DNA of 55,685 nucleotides from Macrostomum lignano (taxonomy: Eukaryota): positions 1 to 55,685 of the forward strand of contig NIVC01004200.1 in assembly GCA_002269645.1 (NCBI GenBank). Direction: 5' to 3'. Both the position numbers and the translations under genes were made by a program. The number at the start of each line of letters is the position of its first letter. Position 1 is the stretch's first letter. The notes beneath the pieces were generated by a model. The model did not search any database. It saw only the letters and a list, made by a program, of their open reading frames with translations, and was not told where the DNA came from. Shown here one piece after another: positions 26,221 through 39,944 of the stretch.

Positions 26221-27379
26221 GGGGGTCCGAGAGAATGCAATTTAGCTAGTTGGAATTTCATTGTATTCTGTGAGGAAACGAAGTTTTTTCGAATTTCCAT
26301 CTAAATAAGTAATGAATAGCAAACCAATTTTGAGAAACATATATTTTGCCAAGCGAGTACTGACGCAAGTTTATTTCGCTATCGAAAGAACGTAAACATA
26401 AGTCAGAATTTTACCTGCGCTTGCGACAGTACAGTATCATTGGATTTTTTATCTAAAAACCACGCCAATAAAAACGGAGCGCTTTTATTTGTTGCTGCCG
26501 CGACTTCTGCAGACCCTCGGACCGATCCTTCGCTGAGGTCAAGCTGCTGAGCTTACCTCTGAGTCAAATGGTTCGCTACAATTGGCAAACTTTGCTCTCG
26601 AACCGAATGAAAGAGCGTCGTGTCCAATTGCGCTGGGCGCAGGCGGGGCCTTATCGACCTGCGCACTGAGTCAGAGAGGCAGGTGGACGCCAGGCAGGGA
26701 CAACGCCCATTATGCCCATAAATTGGTCATATTTGGAAATTCGATATTATTCATTACTGTTGGCGCCGTAAAAATAATTTTAAAATGTGCTTTGAATCTA
26801 TTAGTATCTGTTCTGTGAGGGTTTTAGAAGAACAAGAGTGACAGGAAATGACAGATCACCTATTAATTAGCCATGCGCAACTGCAGGTTTACCAGCTGTA
26901 CTATAATGTCACATGCTCACACCCCTGAGTCATTGTTGACCCACCGCCAGTCATGCACGACTGCTCGTCTCTGGCTGCCAAAAATTCTGATAGCCAAACA
27001 ATCATTAGCTATTCACAAGCCTTGCTGCAGGCCTGAGGTAACTCAATACTCGAGCGCTCCCCCCTGACTAGTGGCAAGTGACGAGCTTCAGCTGGGCAAT
27101 TCGATCTGAGAATTTCTCGCACAAACACGGCTTTGGTCTGGTCTCTGGTCTGACACTTCGTTAGTCAGTAGTCCTTGGTCTGATATTTTCGTCATGGGGT
27201 TTCTGCAGGACGCCGGAGAGCCGGTTTTTACCATTCAGGTTGCCCATGCGAATGTCTCTCGGAGATTTCCTCTTGGAGAAGCTACCTGAAGATCCCCTCC
27301 TGAAGAGTTATCTTTCATAGAGATTTCCCATCCGGAGAACCCTAGTTCCCTCGAGAGTCTCACACTGATGGTAAATCCC

Positions 27380-27650
27380 CTCCCACGAGATTCCCAAGAT
27401 TCCCATTGAAGAATCCCTCCGAGATTCCCACCCGGAGAATCCATCCCCCGAGATTCCCACCGGAGAATCTCCTCAAGAGTCCCACCCGGAGAATCCATCC
27501 TCCGAGAGTCCCACCCGGAGAATCCCTCCGAAATTCCCACCCGGAGAATCCCCATCCAAAGTCCCACCCGAGATTCCCACCCGGAGAATCCCCATCCAAA
27601 GTCCCACCCGGATGAAGAACTCTCTCCTCCAGGAAAGTCCCCGAGAATTC
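27380..27650. repeat. Degenerate repeat with CCCACCCGGAGAATCCC core
   Basis: Direct reading. Confidence 0.8.
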
Positions 27651-29274
27651 CGTGCCTGACGCTCATGAAACTATCTGAACCTGGCTGCGCAATCTCAAGC
27701 AGATTTCCAGAGCCCCGGGGACTAGATCAAACAGAAAATGCGATGCCATGCAGAATAGGGAGCGATAAATATTTAAATCTGCCAGCGAAATCGTTAAAAT
27801 AGCGTCAACAACTGGAAAGAATTTGCCAGCCCAATCTGCCGGTCTGTCTGTCGGGCAGATAAGCAGCTCTGCAGCCAATGCTGGCACGGTAAACCAGTTA
27901 TGAGCAATAGGCACATGAGAGGAGAGTCGAAGCGATAAAGACAGGGCAGGGAAGGCGGCGGAGCTCAGGGTGGTACCATATTTCCTGAGTACGAGTACCT
28001 CGCACTTGCGAAAAGCCTCACAAAGTTCTGAGTTGTAGCGAAATTACATGTAGTTAAGGCTTATGCAAGAGATTGTCAGTTGAAAAAGCTATAATGACTA
28101 ATATTATAAATAAAATAATGTTCACGAATGAAAGCACTTGATTCAACCCACTGAGGCAACTCATGTGACTTGAGCATATATTCAGCAAAAGCAACAAGAG
28201 CCAACCCTCAACCGAGACGGACGAAAGTTCAACCAGTTGTTGCTCGCAGCCAGGGAGTAAAGGGGGCTGCACCTGCAACCCCCTCCCTAATCGACTGCAG
28301 GGAATTACGAGTATATGCCGGTTCTGGCGCCCGGGTGCTATAAAAGCCCCACGATGGCGCCCCACGATGCAGAACAAAACACGAAATTTAGAAAATCATG
28401 CTCAGCAACACTGAAAACCGCCATCTCAGAGCACTGGCAAAGAGATTGACTTCAGCTCACAGCAACTGCAAATGACGCTGGGTTCACAGGGTCTAGGGCG
28501 GCGACATCGGGAAACTTTAAAATCAGTTTTCTTCTGGTCCGCGTTGCTTCATCTTCTGCATAATTCGCTGGGCTGCTGGTCGGCCAACTTGGCGAAACGA
28601 TTCTGTTATTGGGGTTGAAGTTGTTGCATTAAATCAGCAACAATCGAGTGAGCAGAGCGAGTGAGCACTTCACTTCTAGTCAAGTGCAGGCAGGCAAACA
28701 ACCACAACACACGGCGGACTGGCCTTACGCATAGCCATGTGAATGCAAAGCTTGGAGTTGAAATCAAAAGAGAGCCAAGCACTCAGGGCCAAGCTCTGTC
28801 GATACTCAGCGATACAAACGGAGTCAACAACAACCCCCCTCACTCCCCCCCCGGGCGCACAGACCCCTACCAATGTGCGTTGGTCTTTTGTGTGCGCGCT
28901 TATCGCCCCAAAGATAAGCGCCACGCCGACCCCCCGACCCTCCGCACTGATAGCCAACTCCCCCTCAAACCCGCGGGGCCGCTCTGTTTGTTACCTGCGG
29001 CCTCGCCGACTCACCCTCCCCCCAACACCACCAATTCAACCCCAGCTCTTGTATTAATTTAATTGCGAGACAAGCCGCCGCCCCCTTTAGTGGACCCAAG
29101 TTTTGGAATCAACAGAGCGGACTGTGCGAACAAATTTTCTCTATCGGTGAGTTGGTTATTGTTATTGTTATTACCTGCGATTCTGCTATAATCAGCTTCA
29201 ATTGAGCTTGAGCACCGGTTTGTCCTGTTTACTTTCTTGCAACTTCTCAGTTTCTCAGCAGAAAAAAAGCAACA

Positions 29275-31206
29275 ATGGGCTGCAGCGCTTCCTTCGCCAA
29301 GCTGATCCTGTTCATCTTCAATGTGGCCTTCTTCCTGTTCGGCGTGGCCAGCCTGGCCGTCGGCATTTGGGTGACCGCCAGCAAGGACGAGCTGTTCCGC
29401 TTCATCAACCTGCTGGACGGGCAGATCTCCGCCGGCGACGGCAAGGAGCAGATCGACACCGTGGCCAACCAGAGTGGCCTGATCGTGATCGCCGCCTACG
29501 TGCTAATCGGGGTCGGCGTCTTCACCCTGCTGGTGGGATTCTGCGGCTGCTGCGGCGCCATCAAAGAGTCCACCTGTCTATTGTACACGGTGAGTGACTG
29601 ACTGGTCTGTGTTGCGCTTGCAGGTCAAAATCGGTTTGATCTCCAGGGCTTGTAGCCTGGTAGTGGTTAAGAGCGTCGGGGTTCGAGTCTCGACACCACT
29701 AAGAACAATTTGCGTCCTTGAGCATTGTTCCAGTTTCACCCAGCTGTAAAATGGGTGCCAACATTAACTGGGGCAATTGAGGGTGTGTGTGGCGACCTCC
29801 CAGTCCTTGAACTGAATAGCCGTACGCAGTCTTCAGATGCGCCGCGCAATAGCTGCGGCTGAGCTGTCCGTTGCACACCTAACCACAGGTGTAATCAAAT
29901 ATTAGTACTATTATTATTCATTCGCAGTAAATGAATGCCCTTTCCTGATTGCATATTTTCGTATACGAGCAGCCGAGATTTTGTAGTCTAAACATAAAAT
30001 ACCAATACAATGTACAACCAATCACAGCTTTGACACGTCATGCCCAAGTATTCTATTTTTAGAAACCGTACCATGTATACTATGGAGACAGCAGCCAATG
30101 GCGTCTCGACGTTTCTTAACAATCCAAAACAACGATGAAATTATTATGAATCACCCGCCCCGCCTCCCCTCCGCCCGTGCCGCAGTACGCCGCCCTGATC
30201 GGCATCGTGCTGACCATCGAGATCGTCACCGCCATCCTGGCCGCCGTGTTCCAAAACCGGATCCGCGGCACGGCCGAGAAGGCGCTGTTCGACCTGCAGA
30301 ACAACTATTTCGTCTCAATTCCTACGTACGAGGCTACGAAAGCCAAGACTACCGGAAATGATGCCGCCAAGGCTGCCGTTACCTACCTGCTGAACCTGGC
30401 GCAGATCAGCTTCGACTGCTGCGGCGCTCAGCAGGTCAACGACATCAAGAACAGCAGCAGCTGGCTCGGCTCCGATCTCAAGTTCAAAGGCAGGACGCTC
30501 GTCAACCCCATGACCTGCTGCCAGCTGAAGTCCTCCAGCCTGAAGACCGAGATCAAGTCGCCCGCCTTCAACTGGACCAATTTCGATAGCTACCTGCAGG
30601 ACTCAAACTGCCCGTTCACCGCCAACAGCCCCGCCCTGAACCAAAAGGTTGGCATTTTGCAAGGACCTGTTGCATTGCAAATTTCTTAAATTCTGTTAAT
30701 TCATAGCCGTTGTATAATGATATCCAAACCCTTCGCTCCAATAGACTTGCTACCAGGGCCTGCTGGACTACATCAACAAGTACTCGCTGCCTCTGATTGG
30801 CGTCTGCGTCGCTATCGGGCTAATCGAGGTAAGTTTCTTACACTTAAGGTCATCTGCGGTGTTAACACGAAAAGAATCAGGATTCTTTTAAATGTGCTAC
30901 AATTTCTTCTGGTCTAAAAATTTAAATATCGCGTAGACTCATCGCTTATGCGTTTTGTTATTTGTTATTACACACAACCCACCTCACTCCACCGCACCCA
31001 ACTCACTCCACCGCACCCACCTCACTCCTCCGCACCCACCTCGCTCTACCGCACCCGCCTCACTCTGCCGCACCCACCTCACTCTGCCGCATCCACCTCA
31101 CTCCACCGCACCCACCTCACTCCGCCGCATCCCGCAGCTGGTCGGCATTTTGCTCGCCTGCTGTCTGGCCAACGCGCTGAAGAACGACAACGCCTACAAG
31201 AGCTAA
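29275..31206 (+). CDS. Tetraspanin; exons 29275-29589, 30186-30647, 30745-30828, 31138-31206
   Basis: Four TM segments and GFCGCCGA after TM2. EC2 has FDCCG, PMTCC, NCP and TCY (6 Cys); TM4 EL...ACCL. All junctions are GT-AG, phase 0. Confidence 0.95.
29646..29918 (+). mobile_element. tRNA-derived SINE in tetraspanin intron 1
   Basis: A-box-like TAGCCTGGTAGTGG, B-box GGTTCGAGTC, central CCTTGAGCA...CACCCAGCTGTAAAATGGGT block seen in many invertebrate SINEs (from memory), and a (TAT)n tail. Confidence 0.75.
30977..31131. repeat. 19-bp minisatellite in tetraspanin intron 3
   Basis: Unit ACCCACCTCACTCCACCGC, about 8 copies, running into the 3' splice site. Confidence 0.9.
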
Positions 31207-31403
31207 GCGCGCTCGGGTTTGTCAAGGAAGTTCGAAGGCGCATCTGGGTGTCGTGGCAAACGTTTGTACAACGAATTGTCGTTAAAATGAACTCGTTACT
31301 CATCTAACACTTATCTGTCGTTAAAATCCTATTTTCTAGGCTTTTAGTAAACAACAATAAACAGTTTATCGCTATTTGTGCTCTTATCGTTATTTGATCT
31401 ATT

Positions 31404-31596
31404 GGGCCGTATGCAGAAAGCTCTGTCTAGGGTAGTCCGGTCTTGAAAAACTAGTCTGGACTTGGATTTGGTATGCAGAAACGCAAAGTTAGACCGGTCT
31501 ACTAAAGCAGAACTAGGGTAGCTAGACCATAGACTATAGACTGAACTACCCAAGTCCGGACTAGCTAGTCTGGACTAAGCTTTCTGCATACGGCCC
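31404..31596. mobile_element. PIF/Harbinger-type MITE
   Basis: Perfect 19-bp TIR GGGCCGTATGCAGAAAGCT/AGCTTTCTGCATACGGCCC; 3-bp TSD ATT (31401-31403, 31597-31599). Confidence 0.85.
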
Positions 31597-34559
31597 ATTA
31601 TATCCCGAGATTCTTTGCTGCCTCTGCTGCGCTACCGAAACTGTGTACTCTATTAGCGGCACCAAGCCAGCCAGACTGTGCTAGTACTCCCAATGTACCC
31701 CTAATTCAGACAAATCGACTTCGTTTCCTTTTTTGTTTCACCTCGGTTTCTTCTAACTACTGATTGCTGGAATGCAACAAAAAAATCGTTATTATATAAT
31801 GCCATATTGTTATTACGTGTGTATACAATATTGCAGACTCTGTGCCGTTTTCAATTCTTCCTGCATGGGCTTCGGGAGTAGACAGTTTGTGTGCTCACAC
31901 TTGGCAATTTTCCAGGTGCAAAAGTCTGCTGGCTAGCGGTCAGTTTCTCCGACAGAAACGGCAAAAGTGCATGAAGATCAACTTGAGCACTGTATACCAG
32001 AGTCCACTCCAGTGTTTTCCAAAATGAAGTTCCTGCCATCAGCTCTTGCACTGGCAAAGTTTCGTTCCATTGCAGGCGTAACTGTTAAGAACATAATTTC
32101 CCACTCTGGCAGCCAAGCTGCCTTGCGCGCCATCAGTGGCTGCAGCGTCAACTCTGATCTTCTATTACAGTCCTCAACTGCATCAAGCTCCTTAACATGT
32201 TTGGTTCTAGCAACAAAATCACCCCTAATGGATACCGGGACATGCGGGGATCCAAAGGCGCCCTTGCTAAAGCTGGCGCGCCTCCCGGCTCCTCTCTCAG
32301 GCCCGAACCCATTGTCTCGATTCCCGACTGCGTCATCAAAGCATTTATCAGGACCCAGCTGCAGCACCGCTCAACTCGGGCGAGCTGAACTTACCTGCAG
32401 GCAATCCAGAGGCGCTGTCCCACAGCCCTCTCATCAGCTCCGGAAGCTCGTCTGATTGTGCCTCTCGCGAAAAGACATCCGGACCGCTCCCACAGCTCCA
32501 CTAGAACACCGCCAAGGCCAACTGCAGTTTTTGTAACTCAGATGAAGAAACCGCGAGCACTATATCAGAATCTGTGCCAACTTCATGCGAAGCCAGACTC
32601 TGCACTTTTCCTCGGGCTTCCTCTGCACTTTACTGAAGCGTGTAAACCTTCAGCTCAAATTTTCAATCAGCTCATGCGCTACCTCCCGGGTCATTCGCCA
32701 ACCCTACGTTCATAGCGACGCGTCAGCCGTTCAGGGAGTAGCGGAATGGGCGTCCGCACGTTCCCGCTGTGTCCCTCTAGGGACTTCGCTGCAGCCAAGT
32801 CAATTAGTATACCTATTCGACTTGACCTGTTAGGCCAGGCATCTCTCAGTAATTGTAGTCAACTGCTCTAACCTGCAGGTCCGGAGCTCAAGTTGACATC
32901 CAATTTCGTATTATACGAGCTTTAACGAGTTTTGTTTTACAAGTACTCGCACTCGTACGTAAAGTATGCTCTGCTTTTTTGAGAGATCCTCTCTCATTTT
33001 TCAGCTGGTAGCCATGTTGAGATGAAATTTCTCCTGTCAAAATTAATGCCCTTTGGCAGAGAGGCTCGGGCCGTCTCGGCTAATCTTGATGGACTGTGGA
33101 CATGATTAAGCTTAGTTCGAAATCGAATTTTCCTTCAAGGAGCCAATGAACTACATATGTATGTCAGGCTGTCCGATCTCGAGACAAATCCTTGCACGAT
33201 TTTACCTGTTAATTTTCCTCCCTTCAATAATCCAGGTCAGAGATTAGCAGATGCGGATGTTTCACACGAATCAACGAACTGCAGTTCTGAGTTGATCTAG
33301 CATATGGAATATGTAGATAATTTGAACAGGTGCTAATAGGTTTCTAGAGAACTTAAAAGCAGTAATTTCTGGTTGGGAGTGAAAAGCGGTCACTTATGGA
33401 AGTGATTGCATACAGAAGGAAATGAGCTGAGTGAACTGCGACAGACACAAACTGGCCGGGAGGTGTAAGCCACAAACCCTAAGTTTCATGATTCCCATCC
33501 AATTTTCAACAGGTCCCAGTCTTCAATGTTAATGCTTTTTTCCATTGGTGTTTGTAAAATTAAGGATGATAAATCTGGGGCTTGTAAAATGTGAAACGCA
33601 TACATGTACTTGGGACACGTGACAGCAGCTTGAATAAGCTCCATAAAATATTATTCAATATATTTATATATGTTACTTTTGATCGAGTATGGCTTCATTG
33701 ACATATTTGAAAAATCAAGTCCTAACTTTCCTACTGAAGTCTGCAATCAGTAGGGTGTTGCAAATTTTGGTTAAAAATTAAAATTTGGATATTCTTGGCT
33801 GCATTGGTTTTAATGCACTGGCAAACTAATGAGTGGAAAAATTTCCTCATTTTCCCAATCGGTTGATACTTGCTCGTAAATCCAACAACAGTTAAATTTC
33901 AACCTTTTTCCTGTCCCAGTTTCAGACTAAAGCCTATGACTGAAGGCTTTTTTAGTTTTTTTTTAGGAAATGTCGCAAGGAGCAAATGAGAAAGCGGACA
34001 GCGCAGCAGCACACTGTGGCTGCACAGGAAAATGGCAGTTGCAGCGGAAGAACTAAGAGCTTGACGTCTTTGAAGTCCGGTTCAAGACTAAGGCGGGGGC
34101 GAGGCAGAGTGAGAAATAAAAGTAGAGATGAGAGTAGAGAAGAGGCAGAGCGAAGAAGCAGAAAGGAGGGGTAGAAAAAGAGGTAGAGATGAGAGTAGGG
34201 ATGTTGATTCCCCGGGGAATTGTCTTATCGGGGACCCCGGGAATTTACTGTCTTGGGGAAGAAACCAAAAAATAAGTAAAGAAAGTGTTTTAAAATTTAT
34301 TAGACAACGTGGAATCACCAAATCGCACCAAGGCATATGTACTGTATAGAGCAGCTGGATAGCAGCAGCAATCAGCAAGGAAAAGTGAGCAATGAGCAAT
34401 GAAAATTGAGTAATGATGAGCAGTAAAAAGGTGCTGTCTGATACAGAGCCTGATGCTATCTGCTTCCTGGTGCTATCTGTTGATCTATTCCGGCTTCAAT
34501 ACGAGTAGTTGTCTGCTGCTTTTTTTTCTCTGTCTTCTGCCTGCTGCCTTCAGATGTGA

Positions 34560-35765
34560 CTTAGAGATAAAAGGCAGAGAGGAGAGACAGAGAGAAGAGG
34601 AAGAGATGAGAGGTAGAGATGAGAGGTAGAGAGGAGTGGTAGAGAGGAGAGGTAGAGATGAGAGGCAGAGGTAGAGATGAGAAGCAGAGAGAAGAGGTAG
34701 AGATGAGAAGCAGAGAAGAGAGGTAGAGAGGAGAGGTAGAGAGGAGAGGCAGAGAGAAGAGGTAGAGATGAGAAGCAGAGAAGAGAGGTAGAGAGGAGAG
34801 GTAGAGAGGAGTGGCAGATGAGAAGCAGGTAGAGAGGAGAGGTAGAGAGAAGAGGTAGAGAGGAGAGGTAGAGAGGAGAGGCAGAGAGAAGAGGTAGAGA
34901 TGAGAGGCAGAGGTAGAGAGGAGAGGTAGAGAGGAGAGGTAGAGAGGAGTGGCAGATGAGAAGCAGGTAGAGAGGAGAGGTAGAGAGGAGTGGCAGAGAG
35001 GAGAGGTAGAGATGAGAGGCAGAGGCAGATGTAGAGATGAGAAGCAGAGAGGAGAGGCAGAGAGGAGAGGCAGAGAGGAGAGGTAGAGAGGAGAGGTAGA
35101 GAGGAGAGGCAGAGAGAAGAGGCAGAGAGGAGAGGCAGAGAGGAGAGGCAGAGAGAAGAGGCAGAGAGGAGAGGCAGAGAGGAGAGGCAGAGATGAGAGG
35201 CAGAGAGGCAGAGGCAGAGAGGCAGAGAGGAGAGGTAGAGATGAGAAGCAGAGAGGAGAGGCAGAGAGAAGAGGCAGAGAGGAGAGGCAGAGAGGAGAGG
35301 CAGAGAGAAGAGGCAGAGAGGAGAGGCAGAGAGGAGAGGCAGAGATGAGAGGCAGAGAGGCAGAGGCAGAGAGGCAGAGAGGAGAGGTAGAGATGAGAAG
35401 CAGAGAGGAGAGGCAGAGAGAAGAGGCAGAGGGGAGAGGCAGAGAGGCAGAGAGGAGAGGTAGAGATGAGAAGCAGAGAGGAGAAGCAGAGAGGAGAGGC
35501 AGAGAGGAGAGGCAGAGAAGAGAGGCAGAGAGGAGAGGCAGAGAGGCAGAGAGGAGAGGTAGAGATAAGAAGCAGAGAGGAGAGGCAGAGAGGAGAGGTA
35601 GAGATGAGAAGCAGAGAGGAGAGGCAGAGAGGAGAGGTAGAGATGAGAAGCAGAGAGGAGAGGCAGAGAGGAGAGGTAGAGATGAGAAGCAGAGAGGAGA
35701 GGCAGAGAGGAGAGGTAGAGATGAGAAGCAGAGAGGAGAGGTAGACAGGAGAGGCAGAGAGGGCA
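34560..35765. repeat. Large purine-rich low-complexity array (GAGAG/GGCAG/GGTAG pentamers)
   Basis: About 1.2 kb almost devoid of pyrimidines on the plus strand. A similar short stretch lies at 34100-34200. Confidence 0.95.
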
Positions 35766-35871
35766 AATGACGCGCGAGCAAGAGCTCAATTATATACAGA
35801 AAAGCGATCGAGGCCACTCTAAGGTACCGAATTCTCGGCAGGCAGTGCAGCAATATGGGGATATTATTTTC

Positions 35872-36168
35872 AAGTGACTTTTTAGAGACCGACAGACGGC
35901 TCTCTATCCACAACAGTGACTTTTTAGAGACCGACAGACGGCTCTCTATCCACAACAGTGACTTTTTAGAGACCGACAGACGGCTCTCTATCCACAACAG
36001 TGACTTTTTAGAGACCGACAGACGGCTCTCTATCCACAACAGTGACTTTTTAGAGACCGACAGACGGCTCTCTATCCACAACAGTGACTTTTTAGAGACC
36101 GACAGACGGCTCTCTATCCACAACAGTGACTTTTTAGAGACCGACAGACGGCTCTCTATCCACAACAG
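35872..36168. repeat. 42-bp perfect tandem repeat, 7 copies
   Basis: Unit CAGTGACTTTTTAGAGACCGACAGACGGCTCTCTATCCACAA. Confidence 0.95.
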
Positions 36169-36945
36169 TTACCATGAGGTTTGATGCACTTTAAAGCTAG
36201 TACAGATACATTGCTTTGTTACTGCAATTCGGTAATCAACAGACAGCCAGACAGGCAGACAGGCAGACAAACAGACAAACAGGGATAACAAAGCAAAATA
36301 TGGGAGAACTGAAATTAATGAAGTGTCTGATTTGGACTGATCTGAGTGCGACACATGCCGGTTGCAGTTGAGACTGTCTATATGGAGCAGCTAAAGGACT
36401 GGTGTTTTTGCTGATGTTTGCAGAACACCAAACAGACTGCGAGACGGAGGGGCTCTTAGCAAACCTGTGCTGTGGAGTTGTTCTATACGTAAAAAGGGAA
36501 CTCCGAGATGGAGGATAAAAGGGGCGGATGACGGACGCAAGAGGTGGGATGGAGGAGGCGGACTAAAAGGCTTGTGTATAAGCTGCCGATTATGATTTCT
36601 GCAATTTTTTACCAAGATTTGAGTCGAAAATCGAAATTTGATGGAAATCCAGAGTGCTGTCTGAAGAAATAAGTGGGCCATTGCCGACTGCCTTCAATTA
36701 AAATGAGCCAGAGGCGAGGCAGCACGACAGAATCGGCAGTCTTGTTATTTCCGAAATCCAGCTGCTCACCTGTTTTTCCTCCGTCTCCGCCTCTGCTTTT
36801 CTGCTCGCGGGCAAAAGGCTATTGAATTTCAGTTCCTTTGTGAGAGGCAGGAGGCGACGGCCACCTCCTGAGTCCAGAGTACTACTACACTATTATACCG
36901 TCTGCTTGCGTGTCTGAGGCTGAGCGCGAGTTCAGCCAGCCAAGC

Positions 36946-36990
<45 letters not shown>

Positions 36991-39944
36991 GCCAGTCAGA
37001 CAGACAAACATCTAATCTAGCAAAGTCCTTTATCCTACTATGCACACGATACGACCGAGAGCCCGGTCCACAGTTTGCCCGGCAACAAAATCGGCAAGAT
37101 TTCCCCAATTTCTTTCGCTCAGTTGGGGGGAGAGTTTGAATATTTCAGTGTCAGTCAGCAACATCAGGCGAGAGTGGGAAATGCAGGGAAACAGGAAACG
37201 ATTAAAAAGGCCTTGTCGGCCCGGCCCATCCTGCCGCCCAGCAGCCGACGGGCGGCACAGGAACTGAAAGGGAGGGCTGAGGGAGGTTAGTGGCCGAGGC
37301 CGGCCGGACAAGGGGATTTAGAAGTGCAGACAGACTGCAGACAGGGGGTGCGGAGCACTGCAGGGGGATGAGGCCAGACAAGAGGCAAAGCAGACAGAAG
37401 GGGAGAGAAATTCACGGGGACGGATGAGGCAGCGCAGTTCTGCATTTCTGAACGCACGCACAAGACTCTCTGCAGCTGGTCTCGGCCGGGGTAGAGAGCT
37501 GCATACCAATGCCGATACCAAGGGAATTAGAGCTGAGGACCGGTTTGGGAAGGGGATAGGATGGATGAAGGAGGTCTGGAGTACTTGGGGATAGACAGAC
37601 ACCCACCGTCTCGTCTGCCCCCCATCTAGTTTATATTATACATTAGAGTGCAAGAGAACCAAACGGAATGAATAAATATTGCTAAGCTTAATGCCTATAG
37701 CTATAATAAGCATAAATCTAATGGCTTAAAGCTGAAGCCGCCGGAGGTGGAGGAGGGTTGACAGACGTGTGGGGCCTGGGGGCAGATTTGAAGCGGGCTG
37801 AGCCACGGAGAGCTTTTTTGCTGGGACTGGTGAGGGGTGGGGCCGCCACTGCAGGTTTGAAAGTGGCTGCGAGGCCCTGGAGAGGCTGCCCTGCAGCTGC
37901 GAGTGTTGTTGCTTAAGCCTGTCTGGGCTAAGTCGCTGCTAAGCAAACCAGCAGTGTTGAAGTGCGCGGCTTCGCTTCTTCATTGCTGGCTCGCTAGTTG
38001 CAATGTGCTTGTTCTAGTTAACCTATTCTGCTCTGCGAACTTGCGATTGTGTATACAGCACAGTTCATCCAGAGGGTTCGTTCCACACAGACAGCTAGGT
38101 CTACTAGCAAAGAAATGACAGCAGACAGACACAGCTTTTTGCAAAAAAATTAAGACATTAAAGAACAAACTTTCTCTTGTGTTTGCTTCATGGGTAACAT
38201 AACAATGTTGAATAATCCGTTAGTACTTAGTAGTTTGCCTTTGTTAAACTTGAGTCTCTACATAACTGCAGTAAAGTAAAGTAAGGAAGATTAGGAAAGG
38301 ATTATCATACTAGGGAGTAGGGATGCGAGATTGCAGAAAAAATAAGTGTATTTAAAGCTCGGCGTAAGAAAAAAGAACTAAGAAGCGAACGCGAACGAAA
38401 AAATGAAATGTTAAAATATTGGCCTGTTTATCGGCCTGGGCCTTGCCGGCTCATGTCGTGTCTGAAAACCAGGCCAGGCCCAGGACCTTCCCCGCTTGGC
38501 CTCAGTTGTAATGATTTCCGCCAGACAGGGTGACCACCCCCTCAGTCTCAGACAGACTTTAGGTCTAGAAGGAGAATGTACAATTGTACAGTCCTAAATG
38601 ATATGCCTGCTGAAAGTGTGAAAACCGGCCCAGCCAATGAGAGAACGCCAGACAGGGGTGAGGGTATTCAGACAGCGGAGGATGGGTGGAGGTCACGCCT
38701 ACCCCCAAGCCGTGCTAGACAATATTCTGTGCGACGATTGATGAACCGGGGGGTGGGGGGAGCATCCATAGGGGAAAGAAAGGAAAAGACGACCTGGTGC
38801 GGGGGCCCCAGAGATAAAAATCAGCCAGCGCCGAAGTCGGGCCAAATCTGCTTCGCTTCGCAATTTGTTCGCTATTTGCCTTGCTAAGCCGGTGCACGCG
38901 CGCAATTCCAAAAATGGTCGTGGTGAGTTCCAGGACTTTGGTAAGGGAGAGCCCTATTTCAGGCAGAGCCCATCTTATCCAAGTGTTTATTTTATTACAC
39001 TGTAAAAATCTCTTTGAATTTTCTTTGATTAGCATTCTTCTTGCTTCGGCGCTCTTTTGTAGCGAAGGTATTTAACCTGTTAAAGTTAATTTGGATTTAT
39101 TAAAATCGAAGCCATTCAATATCAGCAGCGATAGCGGATGCCTGCCAGACAGCAGGCCCTTTGCTCTTTGCAGTGCAGTACTGCACGACGAAACTGCGAC
39201 ATTTCTAAAATGCCTTCGCTTAACCGCTGCACGGTAAAGATTTTATTAAATGAATTTAAAGTGCTGCAGAACTTAGAAGTTCCCTTTTAGAATTGAAGTC
39301 TGTTTATTTTTCAGTACAGTGCGAGATGACTAACCGAACTAATTTTAGCTGCTTAAGTACGTGAAAATTGTTAATATTTAACCCCTTTGCTGACACAGGC
39401 CAAAGCATCCGCCTAGACAGCAACCAACTGTCAACTGGTGCCATTTTCAACCCCCCCTCGTATCTCACTCTGAGTCTGCTCGATATTATTCGAACTCAAA
39501 CTCTCCGATCCCTGAGACGATAACTTTGCCACAGCAACAGCCGCCGCAGTTGCAGCAGCAGAGCGAAAATTCAAGGCAGGTTGCCGTCTCCGGGAGATGA
39601 GATTTGCTTGATCAGCTCCCGCATCCCCTTGTTGAACAATCCCTCTTTGCTATTGCTGCCCTTCAATGCTATAGTAGCAAGTTGCTGTAGTCTTGCATTT
39701 CCTTTTGTTGTTGACTTCAGCCGAGAGAGCAAGGGCGGAAACTCGAACATTAATTTCGGAAATTGAAAAACGAGTCAAAACAGAATGCATAAATAAACTG
39801 GTTCGCATCCTTGACCTCGTATTATGTAAATAGGAATAAACTGAATTTAGTTTTCCTTATTTTCACAAGCTTCAGCTGATCGACATCATCAATAGAGTCG
39901 GGACTCTGAGCTTCAGAAGATTAGATTCTGAATTATTGTTCAGT

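Noticed and set aside
34485-36165. Very long ORFs (434 and 534 aa) over the purine array
   Set aside because: They are artefacts of low-complexity DNA that lacks stop codons; there is no splice or codon support.
35872-36168. CRISPR-like appearance of regular repeats (also 22998-23330, 53577-54380)
   Set aside because: The units are contiguous with no unique spacers, there are no cas genes, and the context is eukaryotic.
37060-37290. LPGNKIGKISPISFAQL resembles one leucine-rich repeat
   Set aside because: Single unit, no neighbouring LRRs, no convincing exon boundaries.
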